This document shows positions 9,135 through 18,032 of a stretch of 64,000 nt of DNA, one piece after another (position 1 is the stretch's first letter; the number at the start of each line of letters is the position of its first letter). The notes under the pieces were generated by a model. It was given only the letters and a program-made list of their open reading frames with translations. It had not been told where the DNA came from and searched no databases. The position numbers were made by a program, and so were the translations under genes. The stretch comes from Actinomycetota bacterium (lineage in GTDB: Bacteria; Actinomycetota; Acidimicrobiia; Acidimicrobiales; Ilumatobacteraceae). Location of the stretch: the NCBI GenBank assembly GCA_037130535.1, contig JBAXSU010000001.1, forward strand, positions 14,897 through 78,896, in the 5' to 3' direction.

Positions 9135-9926
9135 ATGGCGATGCCGTTCTTCCAACCTGGCGACGACCCCGGCGCAAGTTTCCCCGAATTGCTGCGACGC
9201 ATCGGTGCGGTGCCGCCTGCCGTCGATGGCACGCTCGGTACGGGTGCGCTCAGCGTGCCCCACGCCACCACCTGTGTGGCGCTGCGGTACTCCGACGGTG
9301 TCGTCATGGCGGGCGACCGTCGAGCCACCAGCGGCAATCTCATCAGCCACCGCGGCATGGAAAAGGTGGTGCAGGCCGACCGCCACAGCGGTGTGGCCAT
9401 TGCCGGAGCCGCCGGGCCGGCCATGGAGATGATCAAGCTGTTCGCTCTGCAGCTCGAGCACTACGAGAAGGTCGAGGGCTCGTCGCTCAGCCTGGAGGGC
9501 AAGGCCAACCAGCTCTCGATGATGGTGCGTGGCAACCTGCCTGCGGCGATGCAGGGCCTCGTGGTGGTGCCGCTGTTCGCCGGGTTCGACACCCGCCGCG
9601 GCGTGGGGCGGCTGTGGAGCTACGACGTCACCGGTGGTCGCTACGAGGAGGGTGAGTACTCGGCCACCGGGTCGGGCAGCCTGCACGCTGGCACCGTTGT
9701 GAAAGTGGGGTACCGCGATGGGCTCAGCCGCGACGAGGCGGTGAAGTTGGCGTGTACCGCACTGTGGGAGGCTGCCGACGCCGACTCTGCCACCGGTGGG
9801 CCCGACGCACTGCGGGGTATCTATCCGGTGGTGGCCACCATCACCGCCGACGGCTGGCACCGTCTCGACGATGCCGACCTCGCCGCTCGGTACGAAGCGA
9901 TCGTCGCGGAGGTGCGCAACCGATGA
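9135..9926 (+). CDS. prcB: 20S proteasome beta subunit
   Basis: Propeptide followed by the catalytic Thr context ...VPHA/TTCVALRYSDGVVMAGDRRATSGN. Confidence 0.95.
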   Translation: MAMPFFQPGDDPGASFPELLRRIGAVPPAVDGTLGTGALSVPHATTCVALRYSDGVVMAGDRRATSGNLISHRGMEKVVQADRHSGVAIAGAAGPAMEMIKLFALQLEHYEKVEGSSLSLEGKANQLSMMVRGNLPAAMQGLVVVPLFAGFDTRRGVGRLWSYDVTGGRYEEGEYSATGSGSLHAGTVVKVGYRDGLSRDEAVKLACTALWEAADADSATGGPDALRGIYPVVATITADGWHRLDDADLAARYEAIVAEVRNR

Positions 9927-10603
9927 GCATGCCCTTCTACGTCGCGCCCGAACAGGTGATGAAGGACCGGGCCGACTACGCCCGCAAAGGCATCGCCCGC
10001 GGCCGCGCCCTCGTGGCCGTGCGGTACGTCGACGGCATCGCCCTCGTGGCCGAGAACCCGTCGAACACCCTGCGCAAGATCAGCGAGATCTACGACCGCA
10101 TCGCCTTCGCCGGCGTCGGAAAGTACAACGAGTTCGACCAACTCCGTGTGGCCGGTGTGCGCGCCGCCGACCTGAAGGGTTTCCAGTACTCGCGCGACGA
10201 CGTCGATGCGCGCAGCCTGGCCAACCAGTACGCACAGATCCTCGGCCAGATCTTCACCCACGAGATGAAGCCGATGGAGGTCGAGATCCTCGTCGCCGAG
10301 GTGGGCGCCAATGGCGCCGACGACCAACTGTTCCACATCCTCTACGACGGCACCGTCATGGACGAACGACAGTTCAGCGTGCTCGGCGGCGATGCCGAAT
10401 CGATCACCGGTCGACTCCGCGAGCTCGACCACGCCGAGCTGTCGCTCGGTGCCGCCCTCGTGGCTGCCACCAGCGCTCTCAGCGGACCCGATCGCACCCT
10501 GAAGGCCGAAGACCTCGAGGTGGCGGTGCTGGCCCGCAGCAACGGGCGGCGCTGCTTCCGGCGCCTCGCCGACGACGAGGTCGCGGCGCTCCTGGCGGGC
10601 TGA
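9923..10603 (+). CDS. prcA: 20S proteasome alpha subunit
   Basis: MSMPFYVAPEQVMKDRADYARKGIARGR...EIYDRIAFAGVGKYNEF. The ATG overlaps the prcB stop (ATGA at 9923-9926). Confidence 0.95.
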   Translation: MSMPFYVAPEQVMKDRADYARKGIARGRALVAVRYVDGIALVAENPSNTLRKISEIYDRIAFAGVGKYNEFDQLRVAGVRAADLKGFQYSRDDVDARSLANQYAQILGQIFTHEMKPMEVEILVAEVGANGADDQLFHILYDGTVMDERQFSVLGGDAESITGRLRELDHAELSLGAALVAATSALSGPDRTLKAEDLEVAVLARSNGRRCFRRLADDEVAALLAG

Positions 10604-10605
10604 CG

Positions 10606-11328
10606 GTGCGGCCGATCGACCTGAACGCCGACGTCGGCGAGAGCTTCGGTCGGTGGACGCTCGGCGACGACGAGGCCCTGATGGGCATCATCACCTCGGC
10701 CAACGTGGCCTGCGGCTTCCATGCCGGCGACCCGTCCACCATCCGGCGCACCTGCGCATCTGCAGTTCGCCACGGGGTGGCCATCGGGGCGCAGGTGTCG
10801 TACCCCGATCTGGTCGGCTTCGGACGGCGGTTCATCGACATCGATCCCGGTGAGCTCGCCGACGCCGTGGTGTACCAGATCGGTGCCCTCGACGCGCTGG
10901 CCCGGGTGGAGGGCGGCCGGGTGGCGTATGTGAAGCCGCACGGTGCGCTGTACCACGCCGTGCAGCACCACCAGGCGCAGGCCGAGGCGGTAGCTGCGGC
11001 GGTGAATGCCGTCGACTCCTCGCTGGCGCTGCTGGGCATGGCCGATACCGCACTCGAGCACCACGCCGTCGGCTCTGGGCTGCGATACGTGCTCGAGGGC
11101 TTCGCCGACCGCGGCTACGACGCCGACGGCAGGCTGATTCCGCGTGGGCAGCCGGGGGCGCTGCTCACCGATGCCGCCGCGGTGGCCGAGCAGGCCGTCG
11201 AACTGCTCAGCTGGCGTGTCGAGTCGATCTGCGTGCACAGCGATACCCCCGGTGCGGCGGCGCTGGCATCGGCGGCACGGCGTGCGCTCGAAGGCGTCGG
11301 AGCCGTGGTCGCCTCGTTCGTCGGGTGA
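10606..11328 (+). CDS. pxpA: 5-oxoprolinase subunit A (LamB/YcsF family)
   Basis: GTG lies 2 nt after the prcA stop. VRPIDLNADVGESFG...ITSANVACGFHAGDP...VKPHGALYH. It is the C-terminal part of the 9796..11328 track ORF. Confidence 0.88.
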   Translation: MRPIDLNADVGESFGRWTLGDDEALMGIITSANVACGFHAGDPSTIRRTCASAVRHGVAIGAQVSYPDLVGFGRRFIDIDPGELADAVVYQIGALDALARVEGGRVAYVKPHGALYHAVQHHQAQAEAVAAAVNAVDSSLALLGMADTALEHHAVGSGLRYVLEGFADRGYDADGRLIPRGQPGALLTDAAAVAEQAVELLSWRVESICVHSDTPGAAALASAARRALEGVGAVVASFVG

Positions 11329-11332
11329 CGCA

Positions 11333-11968
11333 GTGACGCAACCTGCTTCGACCGTGCGGCTGCTGCCGTACGGACCGTCCGCCGTGCTGGCCGAGTACGA
11401 CGACCTCGATACCGTGCTGGCCGTGGCTCAGCGTGTGCGCGATCTCGCGCTGGCCGGTGTGGTCGAGGTGGTGCCCGCGATGCGCACGGTACTGGTGGTG
11501 TTCGATGGGCCGGTGGCGCTCGACAGCACCGACCGGCGGGCCGTGGCAGCAGCCCTCGCCGACACCAGCCGGGTGCCGCAGCGACCGGGCCCGCTGGTGA
11601 CGGTGCCGGTGGTCTACGACGGTGCCGACCTGGCCGAGGTGGCCGAGCGCACCGGGTGCACCGAGGCCGAGGTGGTGGCCCTGCACTGTTCGGCCGAGTA
11701 CCGCGTCGCGTTCTGCGGGTTCATGCCCGGTTTCGCCTATCTGCTCGGCCTGCCGGCCGAACTGCACCTCCCGCGCCGCAGCACCCCGCGCACCCGCGTG
11801 CCCGCCGGCTCGGTCGCCATTGCGGCCGACTTCTCGGCCGTGTACCCCTCGGCCAGCCCCGGTGGATGGCATCTGCTCGGCACCACCGATCTGGTGCTCT
11901 GGGACGAGTCACTCCCTACGCCAGCAGTGCTGGTTCCCGGAATGCGCGTGCGGTTCGAGGCGAGATGA
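11333..11968 (+). CDS. pxpB: 5-oxoprolinase subunit B (KipI / allophanate hydrolase subunit 1 family)
   Basis: GTG at 11333. ...VRLLPYGPSAVLAEYDD...VVPAMRTVLVVFD...FCGFMPGFAYL...VAIAADFSAVYP. Confidence 0.85.
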   Translation: MTQPASTVRLLPYGPSAVLAEYDDLDTVLAVAQRVRDLALAGVVEVVPAMRTVLVVFDGPVALDSTDRRAVAAALADTSRVPQRPGPLVTVPVVYDGADLAEVAERTGCTEAEVVALHCSAEYRVAFCGFMPGFAYLLGLPAELHLPRRSTPRTRVPAGSVAIAADFSAVYPSASPGGWHLLGTTDLVLWDESLPTPAVLVPGMRVRFEAR

Positions 11969-12783
11969 CTGCTGGCGGCGATGCAACGCCACACCTCGTC
12001 GTCGAGGAAGCCGGGATCGCCACCTCGCTCCGCGACGGCGGCCGAATCGGCCTGGCGCACCTCGGACGAAGCAGGGGAGGAGCGGTCGACCGCGACGCCT
12101 TGCGCCTCGCCAACCGTTTGGTGGGGAACACCGCCGATGCCCCGGCCTTCGAGACCTCGGGTGGGCTCGTCGTGGTCGTCGAGCGGGCGGTGCTGGTGGC
12201 GGTGACGGGAAGCCAGGTCGACCTCGCCGTGTCGGGCGGCCCGCCACTCGGCTGGGGGGTGGCCACCGCGCTCCCGGCGGGCGCCGTGCTGCGAATCGGT
12301 CGACTCCGCGGCGGTGCACGCGTGTACCTGGCGGTGCGCGGCGGGGCGCGATCCGACGCTCTCGCCGATGGGGTCTGGCTGGCCGACGTGCCCGTCGTCG
12401 GTGAGCCCTCGCCGGTGGCGGCCGTGCCGCGACCACTCGACCGGCCGGTGAGGCTGTGGCCCGGACCACGTCTCGACTGGTTCGAACCAGAGGCCTGGCA
12501 GACGCTCACCTCGAGCCGCTTCACGGTGGGCGCCGACAGCGACCGTGTCGGTGTGCGGCTCACCGGCACCGGTATTCGCGCTGTCGGCCGCGGCGAGCTG
12601 CCCTCCGAGGGTCTGGTCGAGGGCGCCGTACAGGTGCCGCCCGACGGTCGCCCCATCGTGATGCTGGCCGATCATCCGGTCACCGGCGGCTACCCGGTCA
12701 TCGCCATCGTCGACCGCGCCGATCTCGAGGTGATCGCCCAGACACCACCGGGCGACTCTGTCGGCTTCGAGGCCGCACGCTGA
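11965..12783 (+). CDS. pxpC: 5-oxoprolinase subunit C (KipA / allophanate hydrolase subunit 2 family)
   Basis: ATGA overlap with pxpB. ...[15 protein letters not shown]...[17 protein letters not shown]...[15 protein letters not shown]. Confidence 0.85.
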   Translation: MTAGGDATPHLVVEEAGIATSLRDGGRIGLAHLGRSRGGAVDRDALRLANRLVGNTADAPAFETSGGLVVVVERAVLVAVTGSQVDLAVSGGPPLGWGVATALPAGAVLRIGRLRGGARVYLAVRGGARSDALADGVWLADVPVVGEPSPVAAVPRPLDRPVRLWPGPRLDWFEPEAWQTLTSSRFTVGADSDRVGVRLTGTGIRAVGRGELPSEGLVEGAVQVPPDGRPIVMLADHPVTGGYPVIAIVDRADLEVIAQTPPGDSVGFEAAR

Positions 12784-12836
12784 TCGCCTCGTGCGACTGG
12801 GGTGCCGCGGAGTTGGGCGAGGCTAGGTTGTCGGGC

Positions 12837-14195
12837 ATGGAGCGGCGTATCTTCGGGCTCGAGAACGAATATGGCGTCACCTGCACGTTGCGCGGCCAAC
12901 GCCGCCTCAGCCCCGACGAGGTGGCCCGCTACCTGTTCCGGAAGGTGGTCAGCTGGGGTCGCAGCAGCAACGTGTTCCTGCAGAACGGCGCCCGGCTGTA
13001 CCTCGACGTCGGCTCGCACCCCGAGTACGCCACCCCCGAGTGCGACAGCATCTACGACGTCGTGGTGCACGACAAGGCCGGCGAACGCATCCTCGAGAGC
13101 CTGCTCGACAGCGCCGAACAACGCCTGCGCGAAGAGGGCATCCGCGGCACGGTGTACCTGTTCAAGAACAACACCGACTCAGCCGGCAACAGCTACGGCT
13201 GCCACGAGAACTACCTCACCAGTCGCGACGATGATCTGGGGCACTACGCCGAGGTGCTCATCCCGTTCCTGGTCAGCCGCCAGATCTACACCGGCGCCGG
13301 CAAGGTGCTGCAGACCGCGCGGGGCCCGCTGTACTCCATCGCCCAGCGCGCCGAACACATCTGGGAAGGCGTGTCGAGCGCCACCACCCGCAGCCGCCCC
13401 ATCATCAACACCCGCGACGAACCCCACGCCGATGCCGAGCGCTATCGCCGCCTTCATGTCATCGTCGGCGACTCGAACATGAGCGAGTACTCCACCTTCG
13501 TGAAGGTGGGGGCGGCGGCGTGCATGCTGCGCATGCTGGAGGATCCGTCAGTGGTGCTGCGCGACATGACGCTCGAGAACCCCATCCGGGCCATCCGCGA
13601 CATCAGCCACGACACGACCTGCCGTCGTCGGGTGCGCCTGGCCAACGGTCGCGAGGTGAGTGCCCTCGACATCCAGCGCGAGTACCTCGACCGAGCGCTC
13701 CGCTACGCCGATACCAAGGGGTTCCCACCCCTCGAACAGAGGGCGCTCGAAATGTGGGAACACTGCATCACCACCATCGAGAACGACCCGCTGAAACTCG
13801 ACCGCGAGGTCGACTGGGTCATCAAGTACCGGCTCATCGAAGCCTTTCGGGCCCGCCATGACCTGTCGCTCGGCGACGCGCGGGTGCAGTTGCTCGACCT
13901 GCAGTACCACGACATCAGCAGGGCCCGCAGCCCGTTCTACAAACTGCAGGACCGTGGCCTGGTCGAACGGGTGTGCACCGATGCCGACATCGACACTGCT
14001 GTCGATGTGCCGCCGCAGACCACCCGGGCCCGTCTGCGTGGTGAGTTCATCAAGAAGGCCAAGGAGCGCAAGCGCGACTACACCGTCGACTGGGTGCACC
14101 TGAAGCTCAACGATCAGGCCCAACGCACCGTGCTGTGCAAAGACCCGTTCAAGAGCCGCGACGAGCGGGTCGAAAAGCTCATCGCTTCCCTCTGA
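12837..14195 (+). CDS. pafA: Pup--protein ligase
   Basis: [70 protein letters not shown]...[17 protein letters not shown]. Close match to the remembered PafA consensus. Confidence 0.96.
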   Translation: MERRIFGLENEYGVTCTLRGQRRLSPDEVARYLFRKVVSWGRSSNVFLQNGARLYLDVGSHPEYATPECDSIYDVVVHDKAGERILESLLDSAEQRLREEGIRGTVYLFKNNTDSAGNSYGCHENYLTSRDDDLGHYAEVLIPFLVSRQIYTGAGKVLQTARGPLYSIAQRAEHIWEGVSSATTRSRPIINTRDEPHADAERYRRLHVIVGDSNMSEYSTFVKVGAAACMLRMLEDPSVVLRDMTLENPIRAIRDISHDTTCRRRVRLANGREVSALDIQREYLDRALRYADTKGFPPLEQRALEMWEHCITTIENDPLKLDREVDWVIKYRLIEAFRARHDLSLGDARVQLLDLQYHDISRARSPFYKLQDRGLVERVCTDADIDTAVDVPPQTTRARLRGEFIKKAKERKRDYTVDWVHLKLNDQAQRTVLCKDPFKSRDERVEKLIASL

Positions 14196-14208
14196 GCCGC
14201 CGACAGCG

Positions 14209-15270
14209 ATGACCACGTTCCGCACCCACCGCGTGGTCGACATGCTCGCCGAGCGTCCCGGTCTGCAGCGGGTGGCCCTCGACGACGGCAGCCGTGCCTA
14301 CGCGCTCACCCAGCTCACGGGCACCGTGGCGGTGGACGACGAGGTGGTGGTGAACACCACGGCGGTCGACCTCGGACTCGGCACCGGCGGGTGGCATGTC
14401 GTGCACTGGAACCTGTCGCGGCGCGAACTGCACCAGCCCGGTCCCGGTCACATCATGAAGGTGCGGTACACCAGCCTGCAGGCCGACACTGGGGCTGCCG
14501 AAGAGCATCTCGACACCGGAGCAACGGGGGAGAGCACCTCGGCACTGCCGCACCTCGGTGGCGTCCCGGTGCTGGTGGGCAGTCTGCACAGCCAGTTGGG
14601 TGTGGCCGCCGCAGTGGCCCATGCCCAGCGGCCCGGGTTGCGGGTGGTGTACGTGATGACCGATGGGGCAGCCCTGCCCATTGCCTTGAGCGACCTCGTC
14701 CACGAGTTGCGAACACGCGGTCTGCTGCACGCCACCATCACTGCCGGCCACGCGTTCGGCGGCGACCTCGAAGCCGTCAGCACCGCGTCGGCGTTGCAGT
14801 TGGCTGTCGAACAGGCCGCTGCCGAGCTGGTGGTGTGCCTGATGGGCCCGGGCGTGGTGGGTACCGCCAGCGCTCTCGGCACCACTGCTGTGGAAGTGGC
14901 CTCCATCGCAACCGCTGCGTCGCAACTGGGGGCGCGACCGGTGGTGATGGTGCGCGCCAGCGACGGCGACGCCCGCCCTCGACATCGCGGCCTCAGCCAT
15001 CACACCCGCACCGCGCTAGCACTCACGCCGGTACCGGTCGACGTGGTGCTGCCGAGCGAATTGGTCGCAATGGCGGCCGACCTGTCGCCGCATCAGGTGG
15101 TGGTGACCGATGCCCCCGATGTCGCCGCCGTGCTCGAGCAGTACCGGTTGCGGGTGACGACGATGGGCCGCGGACCGCTCGACGACCCACTGTTCTTCGC
15201 TGCGGCAGGTGCTGCCACCAGCCATGCGGTGTCGCTCATCGCTGGGCCGGATACCGTGTCGGGCGCATGA
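14209..15270 (+). CDS. DUF3866-family protein (function unknown)
   Basis: 353 aa with the ...NTTAVDLGLGTGGWHVV... signature I associate with DUF3866. It starts 13 nt after the pafA stop, and its own stop overlaps the lepB ATG. Confidence 0.65.
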   Translation: MTTFRTHRVVDMLAERPGLQRVALDDGSRAYALTQLTGTVAVDDEVVVNTTAVDLGLGTGGWHVVHWNLSRRELHQPGPGHIMKVRYTSLQADTGAAEEHLDTGATGESTSALPHLGGVPVLVGSLHSQLGVAAAVAHAQRPGLRVVYVMTDGAALPIALSDLVHELRTRGLLHATITAGHAFGGDLEAVSTASALQLAVEQAAAELVVCLMGPGVVGTASALGTTAVEVASIATAASQLGARPVVMVRASDGDARPRHRGLSHHTRTALALTPVPVDVVLPSELVAMAADLSPHQVVVTDAPDVAAVLEQYRLRVTTMGRGPLDDPLFFAAAGAATSHAVSLIAGPDTVSGA

Positions 15271-15872
15271 GCGAATACCCCCAGAGTGACGACGCTGCTG
15301 TCACCGAACCCGGCGAGGCGGTGGCGTCTCCGCGGCGGCGGCGCAAGTTGAACCCGCTCGTCGAGTGGGTCGTCGTCGTGGTCGTCGCCATCTCGTCGGC
15401 GTTGCTGGTGCGTGCCTATGTCGTGCAGCAGTTCGCCGTCGAGGGCCAGTCGATGCTGAGCACCCTCCACGACGGCGACCGGGTGCTGGTGAACCGGCTG
15501 AGCTACCGCTTGCACGACCCGCGACGCGGCGACGTGGTGGTGCTGCAGCGATTCGATGCCGTGAGCGAAGAACGCGACCTCATCAAGCGCGTCATCGGGC
15601 TTCCCGGCGAGTCCGTAGAGTTCCGCGCCTGCACGGTGTACATCAACGGGGCGCCGCTCACCGAGCCCTATATCGACCCGGTGGTGCAGGCACGCGATGG
15701 CTGCGGCGGCGACCAGATCGCCCTCGTCGTGCCCGACAACACGGTGTTCGTGTTGGGCGACCACCGCGGCCAGTCGAGCGACAGTCGGGCATTCGGTCCG
15801 GTGGCCGAGAGCATGCTCATCGGCCGGGCGTTCGTCATCATGTGGCCTGTGGGCGACTGGGCCTGGCTCTGA
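15267..15872 (+). CDS. lepB: Signal peptidase I
   Basis: TM anchor followed by the catalytic Ser box VEGQSMLSTL, then KRVIGLPGE and GDHRGQSSDSR. It is the C-terminal part of the 14391..15872 track ORF. Confidence 0.9.
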   Translation: MSEYPQSDDAAVTEPGEAVASPRRRRKLNPLVEWVVVVVVAISSALLVRAYVVQQFAVEGQSMLSTLHDGDRVLVNRLSYRLHDPRRGDVVVLQRFDAVSEERDLIKRVIGLPGESVEFRACTVYINGAPLTEPYIDPVVQARDGCGGDQIALVVPDNTVFVLGDHRGQSSDSRAFGPVAESMLIGRAFVIMWPVGDWAWL

Positions 15873-15885
15873 CCGACGCGGTCGC

Positions 15886-16617
15886 TCAGCGGTGTCGGCG
15901 GGGCAGACCCACTTCGTTCTGGTACGCATCGACCATCCGGTCGACCCAGTCGCTGTACACGGCGTCGAGGCCCATGCGCAGGGCCGGCCGCAGGACCTCG
16001 TCGTGCTGCATGTCCCAGCCGAAGGCCACTCGCCGGAAGCGGTGGAACAGCGCGACTAGTCCACCGTTCCAATCAGTGTGGTGCAGGTTGATGCCGTCGA
16101 TGCCTTCGTTCGCCAGCAGCGATGCACGGCGCTCGGGCCCCTCCTTGATTCGGGCCAGACGAGTGGAGTCGACGAGCCGGACGCCTTGGCTGCGCAGAGG
16201 CAGCAGCGTCTCCCACTGCGGTGCGCACAGCCACAGGCGTTCGAGCATGTCGGGTGCGGCCTCGCGGGTGAGGTCGATGACCGCCTGGCCGGTGCCGGGC
16301 GCCTTCAGGTCGAGCGACAGGTCGAACCCGGTGCCACACTCCGCGTAGAGCTCGCCCAGGGTGGGGATGTGCGCTGGCAGATCGACCCGGGCGACCTCGC
16401 CGATGGGTCGCTTGCGCAGTCGGCTGGCCACGAAGCCGTCGTGGTCGAGCACGGCCACACCGTCGGCGGTGAGCCACACATCGCTCTCGAGGCCGTTCGC
16501 GCCCAGCCGGAGCGCCAGGGAGAACGCCTCAAGGGTGTTCTCGGGAGCGTGGGCCCGGGCCCCGCGGTGGGCGAAGGCGATGGGGTCGTCGAGCAGGGAG
16601 GGAAGCCGTTGCTGCAC
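15886..16617 (-). CDS. Glycerophosphodiester phosphodiesterase (GDPD family)
   Basis: ...PIAFAHRGARAHAPENTLEAF...LESDVWLTADGVAVLDHD... The start is uncertain. The GTG at 16617 was chosen because tat begins at 16687 on the other strand, and upstream of that GTG the ORF is shadow. Confidence 0.75.
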   Translation of the reverse strand: MQQRLPSLLDDPIAFAHRGARAHAPENTLEAFSLALRLGANGLESDVWLTADGVAVLDHDGFVASRLRKRPIGEVARVDLPAHIPTLGELYAECGTGFDLSLDLKAPGTGQAVIDLTREAAPDMLERLWLCAPQWETLLPLRSQGVRLVDSTRLARIKEGPERRASLLANEGIDGINLHHTDWNGGLVALFHRFRRVAFGWDMQHDEVLRPALRMGLDAVYSDWVDRMVDAYQNEVGLPRRHR

Positions 16618-16686
16618 CCCGCCAGTGTGCCACCCGCGCGTGGGCGTCGCTGCTGAACCAGCGGGCCGTTCTTCTAGACTTGCCGC

Positions 16687-17214
16687 GTGTTCAATTTCTC
16701 CGGCAGCGAGATCGTCTTTCTGCTCCTGCTGGCGTTGATCATCCTCGGACCAGAGAAGCTGCCCGACGCCATCCGGTCGTTCGGCAAGACGTATGCCGAG
16801 TTCAAGAAGATGACCACGGGCTTCCAGAGCGAGTTGAAGAACGCGCTCGACGAGCCGATGCGCGAAATGCGCGAAACCGCCGATGCGTTCAAGCAAGCAG
16901 CGTCGTTCGACATCGCGGCCGACATGCTCGAGGGCAAGATGCCGGTTGCAGCGCCGACGACCGAGAACGACACCGGCGGCGCGGCTCCGCCCATCGCGGC
17001 ACCTCCTCCGAAGGAGGTGTGGACTGCTCATGAGCAGGTGGGTGCTGCACCGGCTCCAGGCCCCGAGCCGAGCGCCGTTACGGCCGACCCCGACCTGTCG
17101 ATGCTCGACAGCGTGGTGATGGACCGCGATCACACGTACCAGCCCCCGTCACCGGCCGAGGCCCCATCCGCCGGCGTTGGCGAGGTCGACAACGGTGAGG
17201 CCGACGCATCGTGA
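16687..17214 (+). CDS. Sec-independent (Tat) translocase component, TatA/B family (TatB-like)
   Basis: MFNFSGSEIVFLLLLALIILGPEKLPDAIRSFGK... followed by an amphipathic helix and a long Pro/Ala tail (175 aa). The stop overlaps the tatC GTG (GTGA). Confidence 0.88.
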   Translation: MFNFSGSEIVFLLLLALIILGPEKLPDAIRSFGKTYAEFKKMTTGFQSELKNALDEPMREMRETADAFKQAASFDIAADMLEGKMPVAAPTTENDTGGAAPPIAAPPPKEVWTAHEQVGAAPAPGPEPSAVTADPDLSMLDSVVMDRDHTYQPPSPAEAPSAGVGEVDNGEADAS

Positions 17215-18020
17215 AGAACCCGTTCAAACGCGCCGAACGGGCACAGGTGAAGACGCCCGAGGATCAGATGACCCTCACCGATCACCTGGCCGAACTGCGC
17301 ACACGCATCATCCGCGCCCTGCTGGCCGTGGTGGTGGGCGTCGTCATCATCCTCGCCTTGTACAACCCGGTCATGGACTTCCTGCTCGAGCCATACCGGC
17401 AGTTGTGCGCCCTGAAGCCGCAGTTCTGCGAGCTGAGCAATGGCAACGTCATCTCGACGGCTCCGCTCGAGGGCTTCAGCACCCGGCTCTCCATCGCCAC
17501 CTACGGCGGCATCATCATCGCCCTACCGGTGCTGATGTGGCAGCTCTGGCGGTTCATCGTGCCGGCGCTGCACGCCAAGGAGAAGAAGTACGCCATCCCG
17601 TTCATCCTCTGTTCGGTGGCGCTGTTCCTGTTGGGTGGGTACATCGCGTACTGGACGCTCGAGAAGGCGCTCGACTTCCTCATCTCGTGGTCGGGCGAAA
17701 GTGTGCAGTCGATCTTCCGGGTGAGCGAATACGTGCGCCTCGTGGGCCTCATGGTCGCTGCCTTCGGCATTGCGTTCGAGTTCCCGGTGCTGCTGGTGTT
17801 CCTGCAGCTCGTCGGCGTGCTCACCCCGCAGACGCTCATCAAGGGCTGGCGGTACGCCATCCTCGTCATCTTCGTCATCGCCGCGGTCATCACACCGAGC
17901 GGCGACCCGTACAGCATGATGGCTCTTGCCCTGCCGATGACGTTCTTCTACCTCATCGCCGTGCTCATCGGGTACATCATCCAGAAGCGGAAACGGGCTG
18001 CACAGACAGCCGCGACCTGA
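17211..18020 (+). CDS. tatC: Tat translocase subunit TatC
   Basis: 269 aa, 6 TM. Contains ...MTLTDHLAELRTRIIR.... Confidence 0.93.
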   Translation: MKNPFKRAERAQVKTPEDQMTLTDHLAELRTRIIRALLAVVVGVVIILALYNPVMDFLLEPYRQLCALKPQFCELSNGNVISTAPLEGFSTRLSIATYGGIIIALPVLMWQLWRFIVPALHAKEKKYAIPFILCSVALFLLGGYIAYWTLEKALDFLISWSGESVQSIFRVSEYVRLVGLMVAAFGIAFEFPVLLVFLQLVGVLTPQTLIKGWRYAILVIFVIAAVITPSGDPYSMMALALPMTFFYLIAVLIGYIIQKRKRAAQTAAT

Positions 18021-18032
18021 CACGATGCACCT

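Noticed and set aside
8358-9860. 500-aa minus-strand ORF across dop/pup/prcB
   Set aside because: It runs antisense to three well-recognised genes. It has low-complexity shadow composition and no motif.
9796-11328. Single 510-aa ORF spanning prcA and pxpA
   Set aside because: Its first 270 codons are an out-of-frame overlap of prcA (Arg/Pro-rich). A GTG at 10606, 2 nt after the prcA stop, begins the recognisable LamB/YcsF sequence.
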